A stretch of 50,570 nucleotides of DNA, the filler included, from Dirinaria sp. TL-2023a (lineage: Eukaryota), in the NCBI GenBank assembly GCA_051941275.1. It is 2 parts of 2 records of this genome, joined end to end, with 100 filler letters (N's around TTAATTAATTAA, not from the genome) between each part and the next. Parts side by side here need not be neighbours in the genome. Positions count along the whole stretch, not along the records: positions 25,426 to 50,570 come from JAVEBF010000176.1; 1 more part is not named here. One strand, 5' to 3'. How positions within the stretch are numbered: the stretch's first letter is position 1; the number at the start of each line of letters is the position of its first letter. The notes below the pieces were generated by a model. The model had not been told where the DNA came from. It ran no database searches and worked only from the letters and a program-made list of their open reading frames with translations. A program made the position numbers and the translations under genes. This document shows positions 38,218 through 50,570 of the stretch, one piece after another.

Positions 38218-39327
38218 ATGTCCAAAGCTCCACAGCCTGCCTCGGGCAGTCGCGCCGAGAAGACGATGTCTTCTCGGCTCCTCACGATGAAGGTAAGAAC
38301 CTAGGTAGTAGTCATTCTATCCTCAGATCCTTCCTCTAACTTTGCCTATCAGTTTATGCAACGTGCCGCTGCCTCTTCACCCGCTCAGCCCACCACGCCT
38401 GCCTCTCAGACATCTCAAATCCCCTCCCAACCTCCCTCCAAACGCCAAAAGGTCTCCCCCTTCCCCTCCACTCCAGCAACGCCCCTCTCAGACCAGCAAG
38501 CTATACAGGCAGCCCTGAATGCCGAAGAGGCCAAGCACTCAGAAGCTCTTGAGAGGATAGCTGCTGAGAGAGGTGAGACCAAATGGATCCTGAGCTGTGT
38601 GGATGAGGGGAAGGGGGACAGAAGACCAGGATTCAGGGTTACGAAAGCAGGGTATGGGGATATCGATGCTGATGAGAACGCTGGGCCTGAACGAAGAGGA
38701 AAATGGGGAGTGAACGGGAGAAGAAGTTTTGGCAAATTCAACAAGGAGTTAGAGGTGTGTAAGCTGCGGTACACGGTATCACGATTATGGGATAAACTTC
38801 AAACTGGGACCCTTTTACATTTTCAATTGAAGCAAGTATGCTACTAACACATCTGTGATATCTAGAGGCAGCAGAATAATGCTACAAGTGATACGTCCTC
38901 TTCGTCTAGTGATGAAGTGTCTGAAGTTGAAGCAGCAGAAGAAGAAGACGGCCAAGGAAGCAATGATGCTAGCGGTACAGGTCGTCTCATCCGGCAATTC
39001 AAAGAGAAGGCCGTGAGTAATGCGAAGGCCGAGTACAAGGCGAGCAAGAGGGCTGCGAAAGCTCAAATTGTACAGCTGGCTGCAAGACCACTAAACACAG
39101 AGATTAATCTGAATAAATTGTCATCGATATCTGGTGCTGGTGGCCTTGGTGGAAACTGTCTTGCTGATAAAGATCGGGGTGGAAAAGCCAATTTCCAGTG
39201 CTACAATTGCGGGGAAAAAGGACACGTAAGATCCAACTGCCCTCGCTTGGGCAGGAAGCGAGAACTTGAGTACGACGGAGCCAGCGCGAAGAAAAGGTCG
39301 AAGAAGGTCGAAACACTGAACAGATAG
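38218..39327 (+). CDS. MPP6-like nuclear exosome cofactor with C-terminal CCHC zinc knuckle (3 exons)
   Basis: MSSRLLTMK|FMQR and GRRSFGKFNKELE resemble the conserved Mpp6 motifs. CYNCGEKGHVRSNC knuckle and basic NLS-like tail. Confidence 0.7.
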
Positions 39328-39558
39328 GCTGGGTTCAACGGGTTTGAAGCCTTGAGAGCGTCGCTCGTAATGCTTTGAAAGGCGTTTTCCACGTGCTTGC
39401 GTTGACGAACGCCACTGTAGGTTGTTGAGGAGCTCTTTAGAAGTACAAAGTTTTTAATTCAAAACAACCCCGTTACGGGAAATAAGCGTCTGCTAGTACA
39501 ACCTTGCCGTGTTTCCGAAGCAATGCGGTCCCATCAAGGCCATTGGTTTGTAAAATAG

Positions 39559-41106
39559 CTAGTCATCCGAACCTTCACTCTCCGAACGTGTCTCACTCCC
39601 AGCATCGGCCTTGTAGTAGGAGACCCTACGTCGATCTCGCTTTGCCTGAGTCTCCATATGTCGACCCCGATGTAGACCAGAGGCGCTCATGGACGATTTT
39701 CGATGGCGACGGTACTCTCTTCTAGCTGCATCAAGGTCGGCTTGATTGCTCACAATAAGGTCGGGCTCGTCCATGGCCGCATCGGATGCCCTGAATACGA
39801 ACACTGGCCCGACGCTATTCGAGCGTCGTTGGTAGTCATCTCCAAGTCCGGGTCTCGCGTTCCGGCCGTGGGACGATCGTGGGGTTGATGTGGAGTCACT
39901 TGGGCTTCTGCTGTTGACCTTGCTATTGTAGCTTGCTTGTCGCAAAGCATGATTCACGCGGACATCCTGGGCTTTTGCTTGAGACCTTGAGCGGTAATGG
40001 GGGTAGTCGGTTGTGCTCTCGTACTCATTGACTCCATGCCAGACGTCATCTCCTTGTCTACGTGTGCTCGACATCCTTTTCGTACGCGAAGGAAGGCGCT
40101 CTCCTCGGCCAAAAGCCGCCGGACCGGAATTGCTAAGCTTTGCCTGCTCTCTGTCCTGGAACGTAAGGTTATGTGGGGGGTTTCTACCGCGGGTCGATTT
40201 ATGCTGGCTCACGCTGGACCCGTGAAGTTTAGATTTTTGGGACGACTTGACACCATCAATGCTCCTTCGTGCATAGGGATTCCGATTCTTCAAAATTCCT
40301 CTTGGGCGGACAGTGGCGGGAATCTCATTGACGTCCACTGCACTTGCTCTATCCGAATCATCCGACCAAAAATCGTCGAAGTCAATATCCGGGACAACAG
40401 GCTGAACACTGTCTTTCTTGGCAGGTTCTTTGAAGCCGCTAGATCCTCTCTTTTTGAGGATTGGCTTGGGGCCTGTAGCGCGGGTAGACCGAGGTGTACT
40501 TGGCGCGTCGACATAGGAATCTTTGGAGCTGTTGGGGCTTGAGGAGTAGGCCATTGAGCTCGAGGCACCCTTCTTAGTACCTACTGCGAACTGTACCTTC
40601 CTAGTTCCTTTCGTTGTGGGAGAGTTGTTGTTGCGTTCGGAACACTGCTGTTTGTGTGCTGCTTCGTCGCTCTTTCTCTCTGTGCGTTTCTCGGCTGGTA
40701 ACTGGTCCGGCTTATCTCTATCAGAATTGGATCGATTCGCCTTCGCAGGTTTGTCTTGCTTCTTGTTCCTCTCACTCTCCTTATAGACGGTTTCTCTGGT
40801 GAAGGTTGATGGACTTTCTTTGGGAGCCTCTGCTAGCGCGTTGTCCGAAGGGCCGCTAGCGCGTTTTTCCGCACTAGCGGCAGGGCTCCTTGGGGCCCTG
40901 ATCTGTGGGCTCGAGACCTTGGTTGATGGGCCCGGTTTCTCTTGCACATTCGTGGCCTGTCTCTTCGTTGCCAGGGCAGATTCCAGGTCTCGGTAGATTG
41001 CTATTTCATCTTCGAGCCGTCTCTGGTGCCCTCGAGAGAAGGAGGACCACCAGCTTGGTGCATGGCTTGTCTTCCTCTGGGGAGAATAGCTCGCTGCACT
41101 GGACAT
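39559..41106 (-). CDS. Hypothetical low-complexity Ser/Arg/Lys-rich protein
   Basis: Open frame of more than 500 codons (ORF 39559..41256). Likely start MSSAASYSPQ, but the start is uncertain. No domain recognised. Confidence 0.6.
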   Translation of the reverse strand: MSSAASYSPQRKTSHAPSWWSSFSRGHQRRLEDEIAIYRDLESALATKRQATNVQEKPGPSTKVSSPQIRAPRSPAASAEKRASGPSDNALAEAPKESPSTFTRETVYKESERNKKQDKPAKANRSNSDRDKPDQLPAEKRTERKSDEAAHKQQCSERNNNSPTTKGTRKVQFAVGTKKGASSSMAYSSSPNSSKDSYVDAPSTPRSTRATGPKPILKKRGSSGFKEPAKKDSVQPVVPDIDFDDFWSDDSDRASAVDVNEIPATVRPRGILKNRNPYARRSIDGVKSSQKSKLHGSSVSQHKSTRGRNPPHNLTFQDREQAKLSNSGPAAFGRGERLPSRTKRMSSTRRQGDDVWHGVNEYESTTDYPHYRSRSQAKAQDVRVNHALRQASYNSKVNSRSPSDSTSTPRSSHGRNARPGLGDDYQRRSNSVGPVFVFRASDAAMDEPDLIVSNQADLDAARREYRRHRKSSMSASGLHRGRHMETQAKRDRRRVSYYKADAGSETRSESEGSDD

Positions 41107-42453
41107 GGCGTACGCTTCAATGGAGCAGTAGAGGGACAGGGCCTGATGGAAGATCTTATGTTCAATGGGAAGTATGTACAAGAACGTGAGCGTTGAAAAG
41201 GAGAAAGATGGAGCAGAGGAGAAGGAGGAGAAGGAGGAGATGGCTCTAAATGGCAAGCTTGTGTGACACGCGGCCAGCGCTCCGATGATTGCCTAAAGTA
41301 GCTCCTCCTCAAGCGGTCAACGATGTCTTGGCGAGTGTCGTTGTCTTGAACAGCCGCGCTTGCCTTAAAAGGCCGAACTCGCAGTGGAGTCATGACGTTT
41401 GGAGTCTGGATCAAAGGATCGTACCTTAAGGCTTCTTCTTGCCGGAACACCTCCATGGTGCCAGAGATTGGAACTGTAGACTTCCTGTTCTGATCAATCC
41501 TGAGGCTACTGAGCTCCCCACCCTGCCAGGAAATTAGATAGAGACATGTGAGAGCAACGACGAAGCGGAACACGATTCGGCGACCAATATAGGTTCAAGT
41601 CAAATCGGCTATCTCCATTCCGACGCAAAATTGCTGATAATATGTATAGCCATCCTCCCCACTTTGAGGCAATATCGTCGACTCGTTCGTTATATTTCCA
41701 TGGCTAATAGCGAGTCCAAACGCTACAAACGTCAACAAGACAATTACCTGCGATTCCGCATCGTCAGTGCCTTTGGTCAAATAAGGAACGAGTAAGGAGA
41801 TACCTAGGTCTCTTTATATACTCACAGCAACTCGCGGAGATGTCTACTGGGTGAAGAAAAGTATGAGATTATCGGGTTTATAGTAAAACAGACTATCGAT
41901 ACAGATACTTGGACGTTGGCCGGCAGAGAGACTAAAGTATGTCAGAACCACCAAACAAGCTTTCTCGCAGCGGCATCTTTCGCCAATCGGCTTCATCCGT
42001 GCCGGATCCGGGCCGAATATTGGCCGCGAAGAGGTGGCGAGGTGGCTTGAATGCGGAGGCGGAGCACATGTCCAGACTGGGCCAGTGTGTGTGGACAAGT
42101 ACACCAAGTACAGTACAGTACGAAACACCTTTCACAATTACTTTCACACTTCAATCCTGCCATGTGCAGATGGCAGTGATCCAGATGTCCTTTGTTACAG
42201 CCTTTCCTTTGTTTGCTTTGTCCTGACAATGCTTTCTTTATTTCCACTACATCCCGGTTGGGATAATGGCATGGGCTGGCTAAAACTCGAACGGTAGCCA
42301 TCTGCAGGCTTGCCCCACCGGAGAAAGACCTCCAGACACTCGTAGCTGGAATCCATTCTTCGAAGACGATCCCAGTCCGACCATCATCCTACAAACTTGT
42401 TCTTCCTCAGACCTCTCCCTCTACCTCGAATTCATCGACCGCCAGGAGCAGCG

Positions 42454-45268
42454 ATGTTCTCACCTATCAACGAATCGTGGGCGTGGCTGAAGACAGTCGC
42501 GTTCCTGCGTCCCATCACCGGCTTGAAAAAGCACCGACTTAATTTTATCACTATACACTATCTGTACATGCTTGGTCTTACCATGTTTGGATCTATCGTT
42601 CTATACCCAGGAGGAAATCTAGACTACATCGACGCTCTTTTCTTCGCCAGTGGATGCGCCACTCAGAGCGGTCTTAATACGTAAGGAAACATCCCCCCAC
42701 GCACAATTGGCCTTGCTGCACTAATTCTAGAGCAGGGTTAATATCAATGACTTGAAACTGTACCAGCAGGTAAGCAATGCACCCGCTGTTCGAGACCTTG
42801 ACTTATACTCAATTACTCCAGGTTGCTTTCTACTTCATTACGATGATAGCGACGCCAATTTTCATCAATACGTTCGTTGTATTCGTGCGGCTGTACTGGT
42901 TCGAGCGGCGCTTTCAGAACGTCGTCAGTGAAGCCCGAAGTCTTCGGCGCACCCGATCTCGCTCAAGATCCAAGACGGAGATGCTGGACAGACCTGAAGT
43001 GCAATTCAAAGAGCGAGGCGTTGATGGGCGCAACATCGTGGTTCTACATCGAGGAAGTTCCGAACAGAATGGAAAGTTTGATGGAATGGAGTCCGAGAAA
43101 GAAAAGGATGCCAAAGATCTTGAAAGTGGAACCTCATCTTCCTCAAGTTCGCGCATCATCCTCAAGCCCGGGGTACCGGAAGGTCCTCTCAAGCGAGAGG
43201 TCACTTTTGCGGATGACGTGAAAGCGGAGAATGACGTAGACTCACCAATGCCTCGACTACCACAGCGTCTTAATCCCGAACAGCATATCGCCTTTCTCGA
43301 GAATCAACGGAACTCAAAGGACAAGGGCCCTCTGCGCATCCCGGGTCCGCGCGACTTCGACCGTGGAGATAAGCCATTTCAACTCGACGGCATTGAAGAA
43401 GGCGAAGCTCAAGACAAACAAGTCACTAGTCCTGTGGATCAGACATCTCCCGGCGCTGAATTGCCCTTGAGACGGAATGTCACTATCGAAGAGCCCCCTC
43501 ATCCGCGGTTGAGGACAGATACAGCTACCCTTTCAAGAAGGAGAGCGAATACAGGAGAAACCAAGCCTTTAACACCGGTGGAAGAGAAACCACAGACACC
43601 CTTAGACAGACTACGATCACGTACGGGTACATTTTCCAGTATGCGGAGGTCTAATACGCAAGACAAGGATCCAATGCCGTATCTCAGTTGGCAGCCAACT
43701 ATCGGGAGAAATTCCGCTTTTGTTGACCTTACGGAGGAGCAGAGGGAAGAATTGGGTGGCATTGAATACAGATCGTTGAAGACTCTGGCTATCGTCCTCG
43801 TTTGTATGTCCGATTGGAACAGCTTTTATTCACAGATGCTAACGTGTGTCCAGCCTACTACTTCCTCTTTCACCTCCTTGGGGTTATCATATTTCTACCC
43901 TGGATTAATCGCACAGCTCCCTGGGCTTCGGTCGTCACTAGCGACGGCGTAAATAAGAACTGGTGGTAAGTGCTCCTGTCCATCCCTCCTGTAGCTATTG
44001 GCATGTTGACACGTACATTCAGGGGAATATTTACACCTGCGTCCTTATTCAATGACCTTGGCTTTACACTCACGCCTGATTCAATGATCTCATTTCAGGG
44101 TTCTGTGCTTGTGCTCCTACTTGGATCATTTCTAATCATCATCGGCAACACTGGCTTCCCTTGCATGCTTCGGTTTGTTATCTGGGTGACGTCTTACTTT
44201 GTCTCCAACGAGACTGGGGTGTGGGAGGAGCTGAAGTTTCTCCTAGATCATCCCCGTCGCTGCTTTACACTGCTATTCCCAAGCAAAGCGACTTGGTGGC
44301 TGCTTGGCATCCTCGCCATTCTGAACGGCCTTGACATCATCTTCTTTGTCGTCCTGGATCTTAACGATTCCACGGTCACCAGTATCAACCCCGGGGGATA
44401 TCGATTTTTGAATGGTTTATTTCAAGCCGCGTCAACACGCACGGCCGGATTTTCTAGCGTTAATCTTGCCAACCTTCACCCGGCAATCCAGGTTTCATAT
44501 CTTGTAATGATGTACATCTCTGTTTTTCCGATCGCCATCTCCGTCCGCCGTACCAACGTGTACGAAGAGAAAAGCCTGGGTATCTATGGTTCTGCCAGCG
44601 AGGAAAATGAAGATGAGAACGAGCCTAGCTACGTTGGAGCTCATTTGCGTCGCCAACTGAGTTTCGATCTATGGTACATTTTCTTAGGACTGTTCATCAT
44701 CGCAATTGCCGAGGGTAAACACATCCAGAACAACAACGACTACGCGTTCACAATGTTCTCGGTCCTCTTTGAAATAGTCTCAGCTTACGGCACGGTCGGG
44801 CTATCACTCGGATATCCCAATGTTGATACTTCGTTCTCGGCCCAATTCAGCGTGATTTCGAAGCTCGTAATCATTGCCATGCAGATCCGTGGACGACACC
44901 GTGGTTTACCCTATGAGCTCGATCGCGCAATACTCTTACCAAGCGAGTCGCTGCATAGGAAGGAGGATGAGGATGCCAATAAGAGAAAGCAGCAACGGCG
45001 CAACTCAAGCGTCAGCAATATCGAAGCGGTCGCTCAGGGCTTAGGAAGGAACCCGACCATGTCCAGTCGAGAGCCCACCATGGCGTCAACGACCGGCCAT
45101 GACCAAGATCATCTGTCACCAAATCAATTGAACAAGAGTCATACGGGGCATCAGTCACACACATCTTACTCGCCACATGCCCGAACAGGGCTTGGAAAGC
45201 TCATGGCCGGTCTTGCGACTGGGCCCAATCTGAATCATAAGAGAAATAGCTCGGTCGTCTCGTACTGA
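42454..45268 (+). CDS. TRK1: TRK-family potassium transporter (multi-exon)
   Basis: Four pore-loop motifs: ATQSGLNT, FNDLGFTL, TRTAGFSSV and YGTVGLSLG. Also LNFITIHYLY, EELGGIEYRSL, LLDHPRRCFTLLFP and RGRHRGLPYELDRAILLP. The TRK1 versus TRK2 subtype was not resolved. Confidence 0.95.
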
Positions 45269-46063
45269 AAGGCCAAAGGGGCAAGCGTTATGAAGGCGTA
45301 CATAGACGGGGAATTTTTGGGTTTTATCTTGGCGGAGTCGGACAGCCGGGTTCCCCAATGGTATTACTCGGTCTTATTTGAGCGAAGGCGCTTGGGAGTC
45401 ACAGCTTGGAGTTAATTCTGCATTGGTGTCATGATTCTATGCATAACATTTGAGGGGAGATGAGTAGTGCTTCCGTAAGAATATAGTTCTCTTTTTTACG
45501 AGAAAAGACTCGAATTCCTATTTCATTCTTTGCTTTCAATCTTTAACGACTTGTGCATGATATGTTAGTTTAGCACACGAATTCTTTGATCTGAGCGGCC
45601 GCCCTTTCTGCAGATTGCTCGTGGACGCGGCCAAAGGACGCCTCCGACTCATCAGGATGTGATAATGGGCATTGTTGTAATTCAGGGTTCAAGAAGGGTT
45701 AGAGATACGGCGATTTGGTTTGACCTTCTCGAGCCTCGTACTGGTACGCCCTTCAAACTACTTTAGATTATCCATGTCCTCGAAACGTCTCCAGCGCTTT
45801 TAATCGATACAGTCGACCCTTTCATATTATCAAAGCTATGAGGAAGAACATAGCGGCACGAGGTAGCCAACACTAAAAATGGCACAAGAATTTGTACGAA
45901 TTACATTTTCGTCAGCAAATTGATGGTATCTGGTAGATGTCCCAGTCAATCCACGCTTCTAGTCTTGAAGTATCTTGCAGCGACCAAATGGCCATGCACT
46001 TTATGCTCACAAGTACTCCGTAGCCAGTTCTTAAGACCTCCAAGCTCGCTTGTGAACGCTCGA

Positions 46064-47603
46064 ATGGCTTTCCAGTCCATATCTGAGACAGACCAGAGTC
46101 TGGCGAGACCTACCGTCTTCGCCATAACCTGCACAGCCCCTGTCGAATACGGCCCACGATTAGGCGTACTGTCAGTACGTCGTCGCAATCAGATCGAAAC
46201 GCCGTCCTACCTAGCATTGAGCTCTCGCGGAGCGGTGCCGCACGTCTCACAAGATACGATGCGAAGCCATACAGATATCAAGGGCATCTATACCGCACTT
46301 GAAGACTGTGAGTGGGATCTAGAAAGCTGAGAGTGTTTTTTGGAAATATAGGGCTGATCAGGGATGCTCTTGCTGGAGCCAGACAGTCATTGAGCGTGCT
46401 GGGCACGATGTCCCGCCCGTTTTCCAAATGCCGACATCATACGAGTCTCCTCTGCGCCGTTTCATAGCCCTTCAGCAAAACACGTTGCTCGTGCTTGGCC
46501 CTCGACGCATCCCTGCACTACCATGTCCTGTAGCGAACACGTTCTACTCCATGTCAATAGTCACATCCGTGGGATTCGGTACGCTCGAGTCGGCGGACTA
46601 CGTTGCAGCCGTGCAAAAATTAAGACCGGATATTGTCCTTGGCATGAGCGATGTAGTCGAGCATAAACCTGGTGTAAAGCGGATAGAAAAAATGGGTGAC
46701 AGGACCCAGGCATGGCTTAAGAACCTCATGGAAGGCATGCTGGATCCAGATGACGGGACGTCTGGAACTGCAGTGTTTGCACCAATCTTACCTATTGAGA
46801 AAGAGCAGCAATCTTACTATCTTGACGCCTTACAGGACGATTTTTATGGTTGTATTTCTGGCTTAACTCTCCACGATGCTGGTTCTATTGAATCAGTCCC
46901 AACAACCCTTCGTCAGTTGCCCACATTATGCACCGCAGATCTTGGGAGCCCGCATAAGCTTCTGGATGCGATATCGTACGGGATCGACCTTTTCACGATC
47001 CCTTTCGTTGGGCAAGCCACAGATGCTGGTATTGCCTTGGCCTTCTCCTTTCCAAGTCAGGGCCCAACAAGTGGAAGCAAACCCTTACCCCTTGGGCTCG
47101 ATATGTGGTTGGCTTCTCACGCCACCGATATCAGTCCACTGTGGAAGGGCTGTGATTGCTTTACTTGCAGCAATCACCACCGAGCGTACCTCCAACACTT
47201 GCTTAGCGCAAAGGAGATGCTTGGCTGGGTCTTGCTACAAATACATAATCACCATGTCATTGACGCGTTCTTCGAAGGAGTCCGTCAGGCTATTCGCGAA
47301 AATCGCTTTAAGGAAGCTCAGCGGACGTTTGGTGAGACCTATGAAGCAGACTTGCCTGCGAAAAGCGGTCAAGGGCCAAGGTTTGACTCTCTTATTATAA
47401 GCTCCGCAGTCGAGTGCTAAAAGGTTTGTAGAGTCAGAGGCTATCAATACAAGTCGGAGGGTAAAGGCGAGCGACGAAAGAATCCTACGGCGTATCGCTC
47501 ATTCGACAACACCCAAGAGAAGCTTGCGGAAGCTCGTATGCCTAGCCCGGATATCGATGCACATGATTTGGAGCAGCTTGGGTTTGCTGAAATACTGGAA
47601 TAG
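46064..47603 (+). CDS. QTRT2: Queuine tRNA-ribosyltransferase accessory subunit (QTRT2/QTRTD1-like; 3 exons)
   Basis: PRLGVL...IETPSYLALSSRGAVPHVSQD, zinc site CDCFTCSNHHRAYLQHLL..EMLGWVLLQIHN, and GQGPR|VRGYQYKSEG. Catalytic TGT motifs were not seen. Start codon uncertain. Confidence 0.85.
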
Positions 47604-48036
47604 CGGAGGCGCTTCGACTCAAGCAATCACTGGCTGAGCACCGTATGAAGTGAAGTCTTACCATCTCTAGGTGAGTTTGTGATGTTGAAAACGGGTGGTG
47701 AGAATGCTTCCATGTTATTATCCAATTGTGTAGCCCACAATATGTATTTGAGGTTTGCAAAATTAGCGTGGAGTAGATTCGGTGGTAGAGAAGTTTTTGC
47801 GTTATGAATTACCCAAAGTTTTCGAAAACGATTACCATTTTGTGAAGGAACAATCATAATGGTTTTCTGGTGATGGCAGTTTGCGCGCTAAATCACATGC
47901 CTCGCTTCTGATAATATTGCTTTATGAAATGTTGCTCTACCGAGAATCATTCGAACAACCACATAATGACTGACGACTTCATACGTAATACGACAACTGC
48001 CATAGCAGTAATCCCCAGCTCATCCCACGTCATACC

Positions 48037-50087
48037 ATGGAGAAAATCACGGACAAGATTGCAGCGTTGCCCAACGATGCCAATTACTTCTCCCTGGAGT
48101 TCTTCCCACCGAAGACTGATATGGTAGGTGCTGTCCATTCGACCCCCGGAGTAGCTTTTGACAATGTCTGTAGGGGTTTTCCAATCTCCAAACCCGTTTA
48201 GAACGCATGTCCCTTGCTCTACGGCCCCTATTTGTGGCTGTGACTTGGGGTGCCGGGGGCAGCACCTCGTCCGGATCTCTACAGCTCGCGGAATTATGCC
48301 AACGGCAATTGGGTCTTACAACATGCCTGCATCTCACCTGTACGAATATGAAGAAGAAACTGATAGACGAAGCTTTGGAGGAAGCAAAGGCGCTGGGCGT
48401 CCGGAACATTCTGGCATTGAGAGGCGATCCCCCACGGGAAGAGGAATACAAGCTTCAAGAAGATGAGGGAACGCAGGATGAAGAAGAGAGCAACGAGAAA
48501 TTTCAATGGGCGATTGACCTGGTTCGATACATCAGGCACGTGCATAAAGATTACTTTTGCATAGGTGCAGCAGCATACCCGGAAGGCCATGCGGACGAAT
48601 CGCACCCTGTGGACCAGGACCCGCTGCACGATCTCCCATATCTCATAGACAAGACGAAAGCCGGAGCCGACTTCATCATGACGCAACTCTTCTACGACGA
48701 AGATGCCTATATGAAATTTGAAAAGCTGCTACGAGAACATGAATCAGGCACATTTGCAACTATACCGATCATCCCGGGTTTGATGCCCATCCAGAGCTAC
48801 CAGATACTGAAAAGAGTAACGAAGCTAAGCCATTGCAAGCTCCCTCCAGCATTACTGTCCAGACTTGAGCCTGTCAAGGGAGACGACGAAGCGGTCAAGC
48901 ACGAGGGAATCGATATCATCAGTGAGATTGTGGAGGATATCAAGAAAGCCAAGAGCAAAGGACCACGAGGATTCCATTTCTTCACTTTGAACCTCGAAAA
49001 GGCTGTCGGCTTCATCCTGGAGCGGTGCCACCTTATCCCGCCCAGCACACCGTCTCCAGAAGCCCAAGACTTGTCCGCAATCGACGATTCCCTTCCCCCC
49101 AACCATAACGACACCGGGCACCCAATATCGAACGGCATCCCAACCCCCGACCACCATCGCATCGACTCCACCACCTCCCAAGATCAGCTCACGACTTCAA
49201 ACTCCTCTAATCGCGTTTCGACCACCCGCTCAAGCTCCCCACCCTCCCGAGCCGCCACCCTCGCCATCTCCCACGGTCTCACTCCTGCAAGCCGCGAAGC
49301 AACCTGGGACGACTATCCCAATGGGCGGTACGGCGACCCTCGCTCCCCGGCCTTCGGCACCCCACTCACCTATTCTCCCTCCTCGCTCCCCGTGCCTCCG
49401 CACACGGCCCGCACACTTTGGGGCGAACCCGTAGCCCCGGCAGACATAACGGCGCTCTTCACCTCCCACTTAGCCGGCCAACCACCGCACCAACTCCCCT
49501 GGTCGGAATCCGGCAGCCTGAGCCCCGAAACGGCCCTCATCCGCGCGGAACTCACCGCCCTGAACGCCTACAGCTGGTGGACGATCGCGTCGCAACCGGC
49601 CGTCGACGGGCTCCCCTCCACCGACCCAACACACGGCTGGGGTCCGCCAGGCGGCTTCGTGTTCCAAAAACCCTTCGTCGAGTTCTTCCTCCCTTCCCCG
49701 GCTTTCCACACCCTCCTCCTCCCACACCTGCGCTCCTCCCGCATCGCCCCGCAGATCTCCTTCTACGCGGCCAACGCCGCGGGCGACTTCCTCTCCTCCG
49801 AGACCAACTCCGGTGCCGTGCACGCGGTCACGTGGGGCAGTTTCCCCGGCAAAGAGATCGCCACCGCGAGTATGGTCGAGGAAGTCAGTTTCCGGCCGTG
49901 GGTCGAGGAGGCGTTCGCGCGCTGGGGGGAGTGGAGTCGCTGCGTGCGGAGGGCGGAGAGTCGGGCGTTTTTGAAACGGATGGCGGCGGAGTGTTGGTTG
50001 GTTAATGTGGTCGGGCATGGGTATCGGGAGGGGGAGGGAGCCGGCTTGTGGGATTTGCTTGTGCAGGCGGGGAAGGGTGCTGGATAG
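48037..50087 (+). CDS. MET12: Methylenetetrahydrofolate reductase (Met12-like; 2 exons)
   Basis: MEKITDKI..YFSLEFFPPKT, VTWGAGGST, HLTCTNM, NILALRGDPP, AAYPEGH, ADFIMTQLFYD, HFFTLNLE, and regulatory-domain WDDYPNGRYGDPRSPAFG. MET12 rather than MET13 is judged from the N-terminus. Confidence 0.92.
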
Positions 50088-50519
50088 CTTTAACTAAGCT
50101 ATGTGTGTAGAAGGAGACATATTATCGCAGGTAAGGTAGGTAAGATAGGTGAAATAAGGGAAATGAGGTTGAATATGCGATAGTTTATTCAACCCATGTC
50201 CAGGAAGACAGGCTCTTGTCATCATCGGTCAATTTTTTCTACCCATAAGTACTGCTCCTTCTGTGATTTGATACATGATCACCAAACGCCCACTCCCAAC
50301 CCCACTCCGTTTCCCAGAAAATCGGATCTATGTACGATCGATCATACACACAAGCCCTCAAGATCAGGACTTTTTCTTTACGTATGTAAAGTATGCACTG
50401 AACACCAAAACAACAACCCCACTGGCTTTCCCAGATTGCACAAACATTCCACAAGCCGAAAAAAAGAAGAATCTCTTTTATACATATGTAAACCCAACCC
50501 CGATATTCCATCTCTCCCC

Positions 50520-50521
50520 TT

Positions 50522-50564
<43 letters not shown>

Positions 50565-50570
50565 GGGGGG
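50520..50570. repeat. Poly-T / poly-A / poly-G run at the window end
   Basis: About T9 followed by about A32 and a G run. Likely a homopolymer at a contig end. Confidence 0.8.

Noticed and set aside
13332..50087. Apparent cluster of translation-modification/one-carbon genes (GatF, DPH1, QTRT2, MTHFR)
   Set aside because: They are split across two unrelated contigs and interspersed with unrelated genes.
1..50570. tRNA, rRNA, CRISPR arrays, intact transposases, and the many short antisense/overlapping ORFs in the track
   Set aside because: None of these RNA genes or elements was recognisable by eye. The short ORFs are shadows of real genes or lack motifs.

Overview
Eukaryotic, intron-containing genomic DNA from a filamentous ascomycete (Pezizomycotina), inferred from GT..CTRAY..YAG introns and gene content. 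The window is two contigs joined by an artificial 100-nt spacer (44 N + TTAATTAATTAA + 44 N, 25326-25425), so linkage across it is not evidence of synteny. The left contig carries an S28 serine carboxypeptidase, an accessory-looking block, mitochondrial GatF/Gta3, a strongly diverged alpha-SNAP, HMG-CoA lyase, DPH1 and an unknown multi-pass membrane protein. The accessory block is two tandem paralogous helical-domain/C2H2 genes, one with ankyrin repeats, head-to-head with a HeLo-like + pseudokinase gene. The right contig carries a truncated acid ceramidase/NAAA-like gene, CTK1, a DUF1996 secreted protein, a small myristoylation-motif orphan, NDUFS6, an MPP6-like gene, an orphan, a TRK K+ transporter, QTRT2 and MTHFR. 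The best candidate for an undescribed system is the 3.4-15.5 kb block, which resembles a regulated-cell-death/non-self-recognition module (MLKL-like architecture plus partner proteins) with a decoy-like alpha-SNAP nearby. All calls come from reading motifs by eye, no database searches were run, and exon boundaries are manual predictions.
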